DNA of 64,000 nt, from positions 13,577 to 77,576 of the forward strand of contig CACXEQ010000024.1 in assembly GCA_902766725.1 (NCBI GenBank). Reading direction: 5' to 3'. The stretch's first letter is position 1; each line of letters starts with the position of its first letter. Under the pieces are notes generated by a model. It saw only the letters and a list, made by a program, of their open reading frames with translations, was not told the origin of the DNA and did not search any database. Source of the DNA: an uncultured Ureaplasma sp. GTDB taxonomy: Bacteria; Bacillota_I; Bacilli_A; Mycoplasmatales; Mycoplasmoidaceae. Below are positions 25,662-38,455 of this stretch, piece after piece. A program made the position numbers and the translations under genes.

Positions 25662-26540
25662 TTATTTAATTTTATTTATAAATTGTCTTATTTGTTTATT
25701 TATTTCTTGATCTTTTAAAGCAAAATCAATTATAGTTTTTACATAATCTAGTTTATTACCAGTGTCATATCGGCAACCATCAAAATCATAAGCATAAACT
25801 TGCTTTTTATTTTCAATTAATAATTTGATAGAATTTGTAATTTGTATTTCATGTGCTTTATCAAAGCTAGTTTTTTTAATCATATCAAAAATGTCATAAT
25901 TAAAAACATATCTACCTAAAATAGCATATTGACTTGGAGCCTGTTTAATAGTAGGTTTTTCTACTAGATCATTAATTGGAAATAATTTATTTTTGGTAAA
26001 TGATTTATTTATTGGAGAAATAATTCCATATTTATCGACATCATTAATTGGAACTTTTTTAACACCTAGTACAGTTGATCTAACTTTGTAATAAGCATCA
26101 ATACACTGTTGTAAGGCTGGTTTATTTTTATTAATAACAATATCATCCCCTAATAAAACAGCAAAAGGTTCATTTTTTATATATTTTTTTGCACAATATA
26201 TTGCATCAGCTAAACCTAATTGTTCAGGTTGATAAACAAATTTGATATCACATTTTGGTCTAGCTTCAATAACAAGATTATACAAGTAATCTTTATGTTT
26301 TTTAAGCAAGATATTTTCAAGTTTTTTGTTTTGGGAGAAATAGTTTATAATTGTTTCTTTGCCTCTTGAAATTACAATTATTATTTGCTTAATTTTACTA
26401 TTAATAGCTTCATTAACTATATGTTGAATGATTGGGGTATTTATTATTGGTAATAGTTCTTTTGGAATAGATTTAGTAACTGGCAATAATCTTGTTCCTA
26501 ATCCTGCTGCAGGTATGATAGCTTTTGTAATTTTTTTCAT
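25662..26540 (-). CDS. galU: UTP--glucose-1-phosphate uridylyltransferase
   Basis: KAIIPAAGLGTRLLPVTKSIPKELLPI is the canonical GalU N-terminal motif. Uninterrupted 292-aa ORF. Confidence 0.92.
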   Translation of the reverse strand: MKKITKAIIPAAGLGTRLLPVTKSIPKELLPIINTPIIQHIVNEAINSKIKQIIIVISRGKETIINYFSQNKKLENILLKKHKDYLYNLVIEARPKCDIKFVYQPEQLGLADAIYCAKKYIKNEPFAVLLGDDIVINKNKPALQQCIDAYYKVRSTVLGVKKVPINDVDKYGIISPINKSFTKNKLFPINDLVEKPTIKQAPSQYAILGRYVFNYDIFDMIKKTSFDKAHEIQITNSIKLLIENKKQVYAYDFDGCRYDTGNKLDYVKTIIDFALKDQEINKQIRQFINKIK

Positions 26541-26607
26541 GATTAATTATTATTATTTACTTATATTAATATTAGTTATTATAATATATAGCAAATAGAG
26601 TTAAATT

Positions 26608-27525
26608 ATGAAAAAAATACATTTAATTTGCAATCTAACTTCTGGTGCAGGTAGAGCTATTCAACCATTAGAAAAAATTAAGCAATGGGCAAATAAACAA
26701 GAAAATTTAAATTTAAATATTTTTATAACAGAAAAAATCAACCATGCAACGGAAATAACTAAATCATTGACAAATCAAGATCAAGAATGTACTATTATTT
26801 CAATGGGTGGTGATGGAACATTAAATGAGATTGTTAATGGGATTGTTAATTTTTCTAAAACAAATATTGGAATTTTGCCATATGGTTCAGGTAATGATTT
26901 TGCTAGATCAATGCAAGTAAATAAATCTGATCCAGTTGCAACCATTAGTAGTTATATAAATAACCCAACAATAAAAAAAGTTGATTATTTTTTGCTTAAT
27001 AATAAATATAAAGTTATTAATGCAATTAATTTAGGAATTTCAACTGATATAAATATTTGTAAAAGTAAAATGAAAAGGTTCAAACCGGAAACCAAATATA
27101 AATTATCAGCTCTAAAGGCTGCACTTACATGAAAATTACATTCATATGATTTATCAATTAATGGTGGCAAATACACAAGAATTAAGTCTCCATGATTTTC
27201 TATTGCTAATGGTGCTTGTGTTGGTGGTGGAATAATTATTTCTCCTAATGCTAAAGTTGATGATGGTTATATTTCTGTTTCATGACTTAAAAAATTCAAT
27301 CACTTTTTTACATTGTATTACTTTGCCAAAATTTTAAAAGGAAAAATTGGTCAAATCAAGCCAACAGTTCTTTTTAATTGTGAAGAATTATGTCTTAAAT
27401 TTCTTGAAAAAGAAACAATTGAATTTGATGGGGTTTTAGTGGATAATCAGAGTGAATGTAGTGTTAAGATTGTTCATAAAGGCTTAAATGTACTTTTAGA
27501 TACAAGTTACAAGAAAGGTATTTAA
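26608..27525 (+). CDS. Diacylglycerol-kinase-family lipid kinase (YegS/BmrU type)
   Basis: ISMGGDGTLNEIVNGI is the DAGK catalytic-domain motif. Fragments 26608..27132 and 27313..27525 share the frame (306 codons). Confidence 0.8.
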
Positions 27526-27526
27526 T

Positions 27527-28285
27527 ATGGGAAATAACAGAATTTATTTATCTACAAAAAACACTCCAACTCCTCACAATCAAGCTAAATATGGACAAAT
27601 TGCTAAAAAAGTAATAATGCCAGGTGATCCTAAAAGAGCTTCATGGATAGCTAAAACATTTTTAAAAAATGTTAAGTGTGTATCAAATGTTAGAGGCATA
27701 CGATGTTATTCTGGTAAGTATAAAAATGTTGATATTTCTGTCATGGCTCATGGTATGGGAATACCATCTATTTGTATTTATACTTATGAACTTTTTGCTT
27801 ATTATGGTGTCAAAATTATTTATAGAGTTGGTAGTTGTGGTGTTGCTAAAAAGAGTAATTGTAAAATTGGAGATGTTATTTTAGCAAAATATGGTTGAAG
27901 TGATACACCTATTACTAACTGGTTTAATATCAAACCAGATAAAAAGAATGTTTTCTACCCTACAGCATCATCATTAAAGCTACTTACAAAAACAGCTAAA
28001 CAATTGAATATTTCTGTTAAATGTATACCAGTTGTATCAAATAATTTTTTCTATAATAAATTAGATTCTACACAATTGAATCGATTAACTAAGTGTCATG
28101 TAAGTGAAATGGAATCTTTTGGTTTATTTATGATGGCTAAAATGTTTAATAAACATGCTGCTTGTTTATTAACAGTTAGTGATATATTAGAAACAAAATT
28201 AGCAATGTCAAGTTATGATAGAGAAACAAAATTTAAAAATATGATTCATTTAGCTTTAGAAGCAATAATAAAGGAGAAAGAATAG
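27527..28285 (+). CDS. deoD: Purine nucleoside phosphorylase, DeoD type
   Basis: VIMPGDPKRASWIAKTFLKNVKCVSNVRGIRCYSGKYKNVDISVMAHGMGIPSICIY parallels E. coli DeoD LMPGDPLRAKYIAETFLED...VMGHGMGIPSCSIY. There are two same-frame fragments. Confidence 0.9.
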
Positions 28286-28289
28286 AAAT

Positions 28290-28943
28290 ATGAGTATAAC
28301 AATAAATAAATATATTGATCACACATTATTAAAACCAGATGCAACAAGAGATGAAATTAAAAAAATATGTGACGAGGCTAAAAAATATAATTTTGCCTCT
28401 GTATGCATTAATCCATGTAATATTTCTTTTTGTAAAAAGGAACTATTAAATTCTAATGTTAAAGTTTGCACTGTAATTGGTTTTCCGCTTGGTCAAATGA
28501 CGGTCGAAGGAAAAATTGCTGAAGCTAAGGATGCTATAGCCAAAGGTGCTAATGAAGTAGATATGGTTTTGAATATTGCTGCATTAAAACAAAACAATTT
28601 AGAATATGTGACTAACGAAATTAAATTAATTGTTGATGTTTGTCATAAATCTAAAGTTTTATTAAAAGTAATTATTGAAACATGTTTATTGAACCAAGAA
28701 CAAAAAATTAATGCTTGTAAATGTGTTTCTGATGCTAAAGCGGATTTTATTAAAACATCAACTGGTTTTTCTACATATGGGGCAACTGTGGAAGATGTAG
28801 CATTACTAAGAAAATATTCTAGTCCTGATGTAAAGGTTAAAGCTTCTGGAGGAATTAGATCATTAAAAGATGCAATTGATATGATTAATGCTGGTGCTGA
28901 TCGATTAGGAACTAGTAAAGGTGTAATGCTTATTAAAGGCTAA
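28290..28943 (+). CDS. deoC: Deoxyribose-phosphate aldolase
   Basis: IDHTLLKPDAT, FIKTSTGF (Schiff-base Lys) and VKASGGIR motifs are present. Uninterrupted 217-aa ORF. Confidence 0.95.
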   Translation: MSITINKYIDHTLLKPDATRDEIKKICDEAKKYNFASVCINPCNISFCKKELLNSNVKVCTVIGFPLGQMTVEGKIAEAKDAIAKGANEVDMVLNIAALKQNNLEYVTNEIKLIVDVCHKSKVLLKVIIETCLLNQEQKINACKCVSDAKADFIKTSTGFSTYGATVEDVALLRKYSSPDVKVKASGGIRSLKDAIDMINAGADRLGTSKGVMLIKG

Positions 28944-28948
28944 TCGAT

Positions 28949-30256
28949 ATGAAGATTGTTGATATTATTCACAAAAAAGCAATTAAAAAACAATTAACTG
29001 AACAAGAAATTGATCAATTAATTAAAGCAGTTGTTGATAAATCTTTACCTGATTATCTTGTATCTACATGACTAATGGCAGTATATATCAATGGTTTATC
29101 AGTTGATGAATCTTTCTATTTAACAAAAGCTATGTGAAAATATTCATTACATATTGATTTAAGAAAAAATAGTATTGATATTGTAGATAAACATTCAACA
29201 GGTGGGGTTGGGGACAAAGTAAGTTTAATTTTGTTACCAATTATTGCATCTTATGGTTTGCCAGTAGCTAAAATTTCTGGTAGAGGTTTAGGATTTACAG
29301 GTGGTACTATTGATAAACTTGAATCTGTTGGTGTGAATACAAATCTAACTAAAAAACAAATGTTAAATATGTTGACCAAACATAAAATATTTTTATCTGG
29401 TCAAACTGAAGACTTAGTTCCTGCTGATAAAGTTTTATACAATCTTCGTAATGCTACTGGAACAGTTAATAATTATGGTTTAATTGCAAGTTCAATTCTT
29501 TCAAAAAAGTTTTCTATTTTAGGCACTCATGTTTTTTTGGATGTTAAATATGGTTCAGGTGCTTTTTGTGATACTTATGCTAAAGCGTTAAAACTTGTTA
29601 AATATTTAGTTGCAATTGCTAAAAAAATGAAAAGAAAATTAACAATTTTTCTTACTGATATGGATCAACCACTTGGTAAAACTGTTGGCAATGCTATTGA
29701 AGTTTTAGAGGCTCAAAAATTTTTAGCTGGTGATAAAGATTATGATCAAGATCTTATGAAACTTATTTATAAAATTGCATCGACAATTATTATGTCATAT
29801 GACAAGAAAATATCTTATCAATCAGCTTATAACAAAGTTGATTATGTTATCAAATCTAAAATGGCATTGAATAAATTTTATGAATGACTTGCTTCCCAAG
29901 GAGCAAATATTAATATTATTAAAGCAAAAAAATATTGACACCCAAAATATAAATATGATTTTATTGCGTGTCGGAATGGTTATTTAACTTTTAAATCTAA
30001 TGCATCAATAGGCTTAATTTGTTCAAGATTAGGTGCTGGAAGAATTCTAAAAACAGATAAAATTGATTTCCAAGCTGGTATGATTTGACACCGTAAATGA
30101 GGAGCAAAATTACGCAAAGGTGAATGTGTAATGACTTGTTATAGTTCCAAACCTATTAATAATGATGAAATATATCATAACGTTTTGCAATGCTTGGATA
30201 TACGCAAAGCAAAACCTAAGCTTTTACCTGTAATAAAAAGGATAATTTATGTCTAA
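28949..30256 (+). CDS. Pyrimidine-nucleoside (thymidine) phosphorylase
   Basis: The ATG at 28949 starts a product containing DKHSTGGVGDKVSLILLPIIASYGLPVAKISGRGLGFTGGTIDKLES. Fragments share one frame and run to a TAA at 30254..30256 (436 codons). Confidence 0.9.
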
Positions 30257-30659
30257 GAAAATTAAGAATAATTTTTATAATGATCTTATTCATTTATTAA
30301 AAAAATCTGTTGCTCCTTTTTCTAAAATAAATGTAGCAGCTATTATTGTTACTGATAAAGGTATTTTTAAAGGGGTTAATTATGAGGATCCTGTTTTTCC
30401 AGAAGGCATTTGCGCTGAACGCAATGCCATTTTTAATGGTATAACAAACGGAATGAAAAAAATATATGAAATACATGTTATTTCTAATATAGTAAATATT
30501 TCTATGTGTGGAGCATGTCGTCAAGTTGCTTCTAGTTTTTCAATACCTTCAACAAAAGTTTTTGTTTATACAAAAAATAAACTTAATTCTTGTAATGTAA
30601 CTTTTTTTAGTAAATTGTTCCCTGATAAACCTATTTTAACTTTTGGAGGGAAAAAATAA
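30249..30659 (+). CDS. cdd: Cytidine deaminase
   Basis: CAERNAIF and CGACRQV zinc-binding motifs are present. The 136-aa ORF overlaps the pdp stop. Confidence 0.87.
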   Translation: MSKKIKNNFYNDLIHLLKKSVAPFSKINVAAIIVTDKGIFKGVNYEDPVFPEGICAERNAIFNGITNGMKKIYEIHVISNIVNISMCGACRQVASSFSIPSTKVFVYTKNKLNSCNVTFFSKLFPDKPILTFGGKK

Positions 30660-32368
30660 TGTTAATGAAAAAAACAAAAAAAATTCAATACAATGCTTTA
30701 GATTTTAATGATTGATTAAAATGCCCATATGTTGATGCTGATTTAAAAACTAAAATAAACAATATGTCTAAAATTGAAAAATCTATTGCCTTTAATTCTT
30801 CTAATTTGGAATTTGGTACAGCTGGAGTTAGAGCCAAAATGGGACCAGGTGTTCATTATTTGAACAAATTTGTTTATCAACAAATGATGATTGGTTATTG
30901 TAAGCATTTACGTAAAAAAAATGATGATAACCAATATATAGTAATTGGTCATGATAATAGATTGCATTCTGCTGATTTTGCTATTGAATGTGCCAAAGTG
31001 GCTTGTGCTATAGGACTAAATGTTTATTTATTTGAGCAAAATAAACTTATGCCTACCCCAATTATTTCTTATACAATTAAAAAATTAGGTTGTGTTGGCG
31101 GTGTGAATATAACTGCTAGTCATAATCCAAAAGAAGACAATGGTTTTAAAGTATACAATAAATCTGGAGCTCAAGTTTTACCTAACGAAGCGATGCACAT
31201 TGTTAAATGTATGCCAAGTTCGAAAAATATTTTGAATTTAAATGACATTTATAAACTTTCGATTAAAAAAGGTTTAATTAAATTTATTAATTATGACCAA
31301 ATAACTAATGATTTTTTTAAAGAAGTAATCAATGCTACAGTTATTAATAAAGATTTTTTAGATAAGAAAAACTTGTTAAAAAAATTTCCAATTGTTTTTA
31401 CTGGGTTTCATGGGACTACTACTGAATTGATGCCTAAATTTTTAAAATTATTAGGTTTTAAAAAAATTTATTTATATCCTAAACATGCTACTATTTCTGG
31501 CCACTTTGAAGATTGTCCTATATCTAATCCAGAAAATATAAATGCATTTAATGATGTTATAAAATTTGCTAATGCTAAAAAAGCAACTGTAGTTTTTGGT
31601 TGTGATCCTGATGGCGATAGAATGACTATTGGATTTAAGAAAACTAATCGATGAAGATTTTTAAATGGTAATGAACTTGGAATAATTTTTTGTCATTATA
31701 TTTTAAATTGTAAAAAGTTTGAAAATAGTCCATATATTCTATCTACTTATGTTTCAACTAATTACATTGATAAAATAGCTCAAAAATATAATGCTAAAGT
31801 GATTAGAACAAAAACAGGATTCAAGTGAATGTGCAACTTAATTGATAAGTTAGAAAAGAATAGTAAAATGGTTGTTGCTTTTGAAGAAGCTATTGGATCA
31901 TTAACACATGCTGTTTGTCGTGATAAAGATTGCTTTGGTGCTATTTGTTTAGCTTTGGAAATTTTATCTTTTGTTTCTACATGATTTGTTGATTTACATG
32001 ACTATATTCAAATTAGGATATTTAGTTTATATGGAGCAACATATTCTCAAACAATAAGTTATCTTATTAAATCTGATAACTGATTGAAACAAGGTAAGTC
32101 AGTAATGAATAAAGCTCTAAAATTTAAAGAAAAAGATATATGTGGTTACAAAATAATAGCTATTTCATTTGAAAAGGAATCTGATTCTGTTAAATGACAA
32201 TTAAGTAATGATTCATGAATTAAATTTCGATTATCAGGTACAGAACCCAAATTTAAAATATATTTAAATATAAATGGTAAAATCTTAGGTCAATTGAAAT
32301 CAATAGCAAAAGATGCTATTTCACTTATTGAGAATAAATTAATTAGTAATTTAAATTGGATTAAATAA
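30659..32368 (+). CDS. Alpha-D-phosphohexomutase family enzyme (phosphogluco/phosphomanno/phosphopentomutase)
   Basis: GTAGVRAKMG, the active-site loop ITASHNPKEDNGFKVY and the metal loop GCDPDGDR are present. Total is 570 codons with several TGA. Its position inside the deo cluster suggests a pentomutase role. It would also supply Glc-1-P to galU. Confidence 0.85.
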
Positions 32369-33156
32369 TGTCATTATCTAACTATAAATATATTTTTGGC
32401 AATTGAAAACTTAATAAAGTAAATAAAGATATTGTTGACTATTTTAATTATTTTAATAATCATTTGAAAAAACACAAAAATTTGACTTTTGCTAAATCAA
32501 TTATTTACGGAATTGCTCCAACATTTTTAGGTTTATCAATTGCAACCTCATTAAAACATCCTACAATAAATATTTTAGCTCAGGATGTTTCATATGCTGA
32601 AACAGGTAGTTATACTGGTCAAATTAGTTGTCAACAATTAAAAGAATTAGGGATAAAATATGTAATTATTGGTCATAGTGAAACAAGAAAATATCTTAAT
32701 GTCAATGATGAGATAGTTAACAAAAAATTAATTAGTTGTTGGAAAAACAAAATTATTCCTATCATTTGTATCGGTGAATCATTAGATCAATACAAGAAAA
32801 AACAAACAAAAAATTTTTTGGCTAAACAATTAAAAACCATTTTTTCCAATATTAATCATGTTCATAAACAAAAATGCATAATAGCATATGAACCATTGTG
32901 ATCTATTGGAACAGGTAAAATTCCTAGTCTTTTAGAAATAGAAAATATTTGTAGTTTTATTAAAGCAATACTAAAAAAAATATTTAATAATTCAATGTCA
33001 TGCCCAACCCCTGTTTTGTATGGTGGTTCTGTTGATGAAAATAATGCTATCAATATAATAATGCAAAAAAATGTTGATGGATTATTGATTGGTAAAGCAA
33101 GTTTATATGTTCATAAATTCATTAAAATATTAGAAAGTGTATTTAATGCTAAATAA
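32368..33156 (+). CDS. tpiA: Triosephosphate isomerase
   Basis: The ATG overlaps the preceding stop. Motifs present: NWKLN (W = TGA), IIGHSETR, AYEPLWSIGTG and YGGSV. Confidence 0.92.
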
Positions 33157-34648
33157 AAAAATTTGTTTAATTATTTTGGATGGTCTTGGTTTTAGCAAAA
33201 CTGAATATGGTAATGCATTTTTAGCTGCTAAACACCCCAATATAGAAGATTTGTTATCCAATTTTCCTTCTTCAATATTGCAAGCATCTGGTAGTGCTGT
33301 TGGTTTGCCTGATGGACAAATGGGGAATTCAGAGATTGGTCATATGAATATTGGATCAGGAAGAGTCATCAAATCAGAATTAGTTAGAATAAATGATGAT
33401 ATAAAAGATAAAAATTTTGTTATTAATCCTAATTTATTGTCAGCAATTAATCATGCCAAACAACTTAATACAAATTTTCATATTATTGGTCTGACTTCTA
33501 ATGGTGGTGTTCATAGCAAATTAACTCATATTCTCGAAACAATAAAATTATGTGGTGAAAAAAAAGTAAGAACAATTGTCCATTGCTTATCTGATGGTCG
33601 TGATACATCTGTTAATTCATTTATTAATGATTTGTCTATTATTATGAAACAAATTCAACAATATCCTAATATTCATTTAGGAACAATTGGTGGTAGATAT
33701 TATGGAATGGACAGAAATAAAAATTGAGACAGAGTCCAATTAGCTATTGATGCCATGTGTCATAAAGGACAATGCTTTATAGATCCTATTTCATATGTTA
33801 ATAATTCATATAGCAATAATGTGACTGATGAATTTATTGTTCCTGCATTTAATAAATCACTTCCTCAAACAAAATTAGCTAAAAATGATGTTGTTTTTTT
33901 AGCTAATTTTAGACCAGATAGAGTTAGACAAATGTGTCATCTTTTTAAAAAAACATCATTGTATGATTGTTCATCTGTATATTGACAATTACAATTATTT
34001 TTAGTAACAATGGTAAAATATGATGGAATAACTTCTGATATTATTGTTTATCCACCATTACAATATGAAAATACATTAGGGAAAGTATTAGAAATTAATA
34101 ATTTAAAGCAACTAAGAATAGCTGAAACAGAAAAATATGCTCATGTAACTTTCTTTTTTGATGGTGGTAAAGAAATTAATTATAAAAACGAACAAAAAAT
34201 TCTTATCCAGAGTCCTAATGTTGTTACATATGATTTACAACCAGAAATGTCAGCTAATTTAATTTGTGATAAATTAATTGCCAATTTTTCTAAGTATGAT
34301 TTTACAGTATGTAATTTTGCAAATTGTGATATGGTTGGTCATACTGGTAATTGGAATGCAACAATTAAAGCAATAGAAACGGTTGATAAATGTCTTGGTA
34401 AAATTATGTCAATAGCCAAAAAGCATGGCATTACATTATTTATTACAGCCGATCACGGTAACTGTGATTATATGTTGGATGAGAATCATAATAAAGTTAC
34501 TACTCATAGTTTAGCTCCTGTTTTTTTCATTTGTACAGATAAAAATATAAAATTAAAAAATGGTTGTTTAGCTAATATTGCCCCAACTATTTTGAAATAT
34601 TTAAAAATTAAAAAACCATTTGAAATGACTGCTGAACCATTATTTTAA
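33146..34648 (+). CDS. gpmI: 2,3-bisphosphoglycerate-independent phosphoglycerate mutase
   Basis: ILDGLGFS, NSEIGHMNIG, GLTSNGGVHS and TADHGN motifs are present. Three same-frame fragments are joined. I chose the ATG at 33146 over the GTG at 33137 (501 codons). Confidence 0.94.
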
Positions 34649-34686
34649 CATTAGTGTTTAATCATTTTTTTAGTATAAATATTAAT

Positions 34687-35505
34687 ATGATAAAAATAGT
34701 ATATTCATGCAATGATAAATATTTTGTTGGTTTGTTTTTGTCAATCCTATCTATTGCTAAAAGATGTAAACAACAAATATATTTTTATATATTAACAGGT
34801 AATTTTTTAGATCTGAACAAATCATATTCTGCATTAAGTAATAGACATTACTTGCTTTTAAATAAACTTGTAAAAAAATATAACAAAAATAGTTATTGTC
34901 AAATTATTAATTGTGAAAAAAATGCATTAAAGTATTTAACAAATAAAAAAAATCTATTTAATAAAAAATTCTCTCCATATGCTTCATTACGTCTATTGCT
35001 TGATTTATATCCAATATTAGATAAAAAAATAATTTATTTAGACATAGACACCATGGCTTGCGGGAACATTGAAGAATTATTTAATATAGATATCACCAAT
35101 TATGAATTTGCTGCAGCAAATAATTGATGATTAAGACGAATATTAAGTAAAAATACTATTAATACAGGAGTATTATTAATAAATATGCTTCAAGCAAGGA
35201 CAACTAATTTATTTAGTGAAGCTAGAAATGTTTTTAATTCTAAAAGATTATTTTGACCAGATCAAACATCTATAAATAAAGCAAAAACAAAATTCTTACT
35301 TTTTCCAGATGATCAATATCGTTTTAATCGTCAATCTAAGAGATTATATCCTAATGATATTATTAAACATTTTTGTGCTGGTCCATGAGGTTGACCTATT
35401 TCCAACAATATTAAACAATGGGAAACAGACAAAGTTCACAAATATTTAAAAATCTTTTGTTTTGATGAAGATTTTGCTATATATAGGAAATTTATTTGTA
35501 ATTAA
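34687..35505 (+). CDS. Family 8 glycosyltransferase (LPS glycosyltransferase-like)
   Basis: The product starts MIKIVYSCNDKYFVGLFLSILS. YLDIDTMACGNIEELF is the DxD motif. INTGVLLINM and a conserved HF...GPWGW region follow. Total is 273 codons with TGA = Trp. Confidence 0.75.
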
Positions 35506-36418
35506 ATATTTTTTTACATTTAATAAATTTTTTAATCATTATTAAATATAACAATCTAAAAATTGGTCTTGTAATTATTGGCAAATATTTTAAATGTAGT
35601 TTACCTTTAAAGTTAAATGTAAGATTATTTTTTTTCAAATAATCACGAAGTCTTTTCGATCCCATTAAATTTACTACGAAAGGATCAATTCAGTTTTTTT
35701 GTTCAAAATATCTAAGATTTTGAACAATCATCAATAAATATTTAATTTGTTTTTTAAAATTTTTCATTGTATTATTTTCTCTTGTAACTCAATATAAGCA
35801 AATTGGTTTTTTTGTTACCATAATAATGTTAGATAGTTTAATGATATTGTAATAAAGAATGGTATCTTGATAGGCAAGTTTTTCCTTTAAATTAGGTAAT
35901 TTATAAAAAATTTCTTTTTTAAAAATACAAGATTGGGGACACATAAATGGAGTGTAATATTTAGTTGTTTGATTATTAACTAATCTTGTGTAGAACGGTC
36001 AAATTGTTATGTATGGGGTAATGTATACTTTCCTACCTGTATGTTTATTTCAGCGATAGAATGATGCTGCTAAAACATCTGCATCTTTAATTTTTTTATT
36101 AATTATTTTAAATGCATTAGGTAATAACACATCATCAGAATCACAAACTATAACATAGTCATTTTTTACTAATTTTTTGTTTTTAACATAATTAATAACA
36201 CTACCTCAGTTACCGTTTGTCTTAGAAAAAAATTTAATATGGGGGTATTTTCTAGCATATTGCTTACATATTTTAATTGAATCATCAGTTGAACCATCAT
36301 CAATTATGATATGCTCGATTTTATCTAATGGATAGTTATTTTTAATAATTGATTGGATGCAATCACCTATATATTCTTTACTATTGTAACATGCAGTAAT
36401 TATAGAGAAAGTTTTCAT
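35492..36418 (-). CDS. Family 2 glycosyltransferase
   Basis: The product starts MKTFSIITACYNSKEYIGDCIQSI...IIIDDGSTDDS...VCDSDD. It is extended through TGA codons to a TAA at 35492..35494 (309 codons). It converges on the GT8 gene with a 14-nt overlap. Confidence 0.8.
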
Positions 36419-36423
36419 AATAT

Positions 36424-37299
36424 TTAGTTGTTTCGTTCTATATAGTTATTTATTATTTTATACAATAAATTTGCTTCATATGGTTCTAATGATAAAATAT
36501 GGTAACCGGTTGGAATAAATGCAAAATTATTCCTATTTAACTTTATTTTTAATAAATTGATTGTATTAGTTTTAGCCATTATATCTTGTCCTGATTGAAT
36601 ATACAAAAATTTATATTTTAATTTATTACATTTTAAAATTAATTTTTTAAATATTCTAATATATCTTCAACATGCTAAAACAGAAAAACTATGATTTTTA
36701 CTTGCTATTGACATTTGTTTAATTTTAATAAGTAATTCATTTCTAGTTATCTTAATAAAATCTGATTGCAAATTTGGTAAAATAAATGGAATTTTAAAAA
36801 AAAACGATAAAAGCATTTTGCAGACTGTTTGGACCACTATTTTGAAACTATATTTTTCTGGTGAGTTTCATTTTGTTGGCATGTTTCAAATTATCACATT
36901 TTTTATTTTATTGAAACCCTTTTTTTTATAATACAATAAGTTTATTCCTGCTCCTCATGATTCACCAAATAAATATATTTTTTTGTTAGGGAATAAATTC
37001 TTAATATAATTGACAATATCATCTAACTCAATTAGGTATTTGTTTTTATATTGTGATGGATTATTTTTGTTGTTCCCATGAAACATTTTATCATAACAAA
37101 CAAAATAGTAATTGTCATAAAACTTATGATTTAACAATATTGATCCCGAAATAGTGCCAAGCAAACCACTATTATAAATTATGATATTAGCATTATTGAT
37201 ATTTTTTAATGGTGATATAATCGCAATAGGAATAGGATGTTTGAAATGTTTAGTTAAGATTTCAATGTATTTAATTCTAGTTTCTTCAAATTTTTTCAT
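36424..37299 (-). CDS. Alpha/beta-hydrolase-fold protein (esterase/lysophospholipase-like)
   Basis: The nucleophile-elbow motif GESWG has its W encoded by TGA at the junction of track ORF 36955..37299. The frame continues to 36424 (292 codons). The gene sits inside the glycosyltransferase locus. Confidence 0.62.
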
Positions 37300-38455
37300 G
37301 TGTAATTTTCTTTGCTAATTTGATTGCATTTAAAATAGCATCGTCCATGTCAATATATGTATATTTGCCTAAACGACCTAGTGTGTAGAAATTATAATAT
37401 TTTTTAAAATAATCATAATATTTTTTATACATTGCTTTATTAACACTATTTTGTAATGGATAAAATCTATTTTGAAATAGTTTAGAATGAATATCAAATG
37501 AACCAGGAGTTTCCATAGAAATTGTTGTGTTATTAATTTTTTGTTTTGTCATTTGTTTATATTCAACTATTCTTGTTATTTTAGGGTGGTTGGGATAATT
37601 AATAACTGCAGTAGACTGGAATTTATTAATTGGAAGTGTTTTAAAATGTATATTAAGACTTCGATAACCCAAAATTCCATATTTGTATTTAAGTAGTTCA
37701 TCAAGTGAGCCACAATAAATGATTGGAAATTTTATCTCGTGATCATTTAATAATATGTTTTTGTTATTAAATTTTAATATCCTATTAGCATTAGTTTTAT
37801 ATTTAATGGTAATGTTTTTATGACTAATCATTTTTTTTATTAAAGAAGTATATCCACCAATGGGCAATCCTTGGTATTTGTCCAATGGAAAATAATTATG
37901 TTGATAACCAAGGATAATTTTGACCCTATTTATAATATCGTGATCAACATTATTGAATTTCATTCCTCACATTTTGGTTGTGTAACTAATATAAACATTT
38001 TTTTTAACATATGCAACAAATTCTTTGATATATTGATCATTGATTGCCAGAGCATCAAATAAACTAATTGTTTCCTGTTTTGGAAAGTGTTGTTTTAATT
38101 TGTTAATTATATATTTTCCATGGACATTATCAATTGTCATGATAGACTGGAAATTTATTGGTAGTGGGTATAATGGTTTGTTACCATCATTAACTAAAAC
38201 TTTATTGATAAAATTATTTAATTTACAAAATCTTGTCAAAAAATTGTAAACAATTTTATTTGAAGTGTGGAAAATATGAGGGCCAAATTTATGAATTAAG
38301 ATTCCATTTTTGTTCTTATAGTCATAGCATTTTCCCCCTACATAATTATTTTTTTCATAAATCTCAACAAGTCAATTTTTGTTAGCAAAAATATTGGCAA
38401 TAGTTGCACCTGATATACCACAACCAAAAATAATAATTTTATTTTTATTTAACAT
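37286..38455 (-). CDS. glf: UDP-galactopyranose mutase
   Basis: The ATG at 38455 opens MLNKNKIIIFGCGISGATIANIFANKNWLVEIYEKNNYVGGKCYD...GPHIFHT (FAD-binding GxGxxG). The C-terminus carries FYTLGRLGKYTYIDMDDAI. Three same-frame fragments give 390 codons. Confidence 0.9.

Noticed and set aside
33137-33148. GTG start at 33137 for gpmI, as implied by the ORF track.
   Set aside because: An ATG three codons downstream (33146) gives the conserved MLNKKICLIILDGLG N-terminus and a shorter overlap with tpiA. I chose the ATG, though this is not decisive.
35630-35650. Homopolymer A/T8 runs inside the glycosyltransferase genes (for example about 35638..35645 and about 24083..24090), considered as phase-variation switches.
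   Set aside because: They are currently in frame and encode Lys/Asn/Phe runs, which are expected at this AT content. Without population data there is no evidence that they vary. I kept them only as a caveat.
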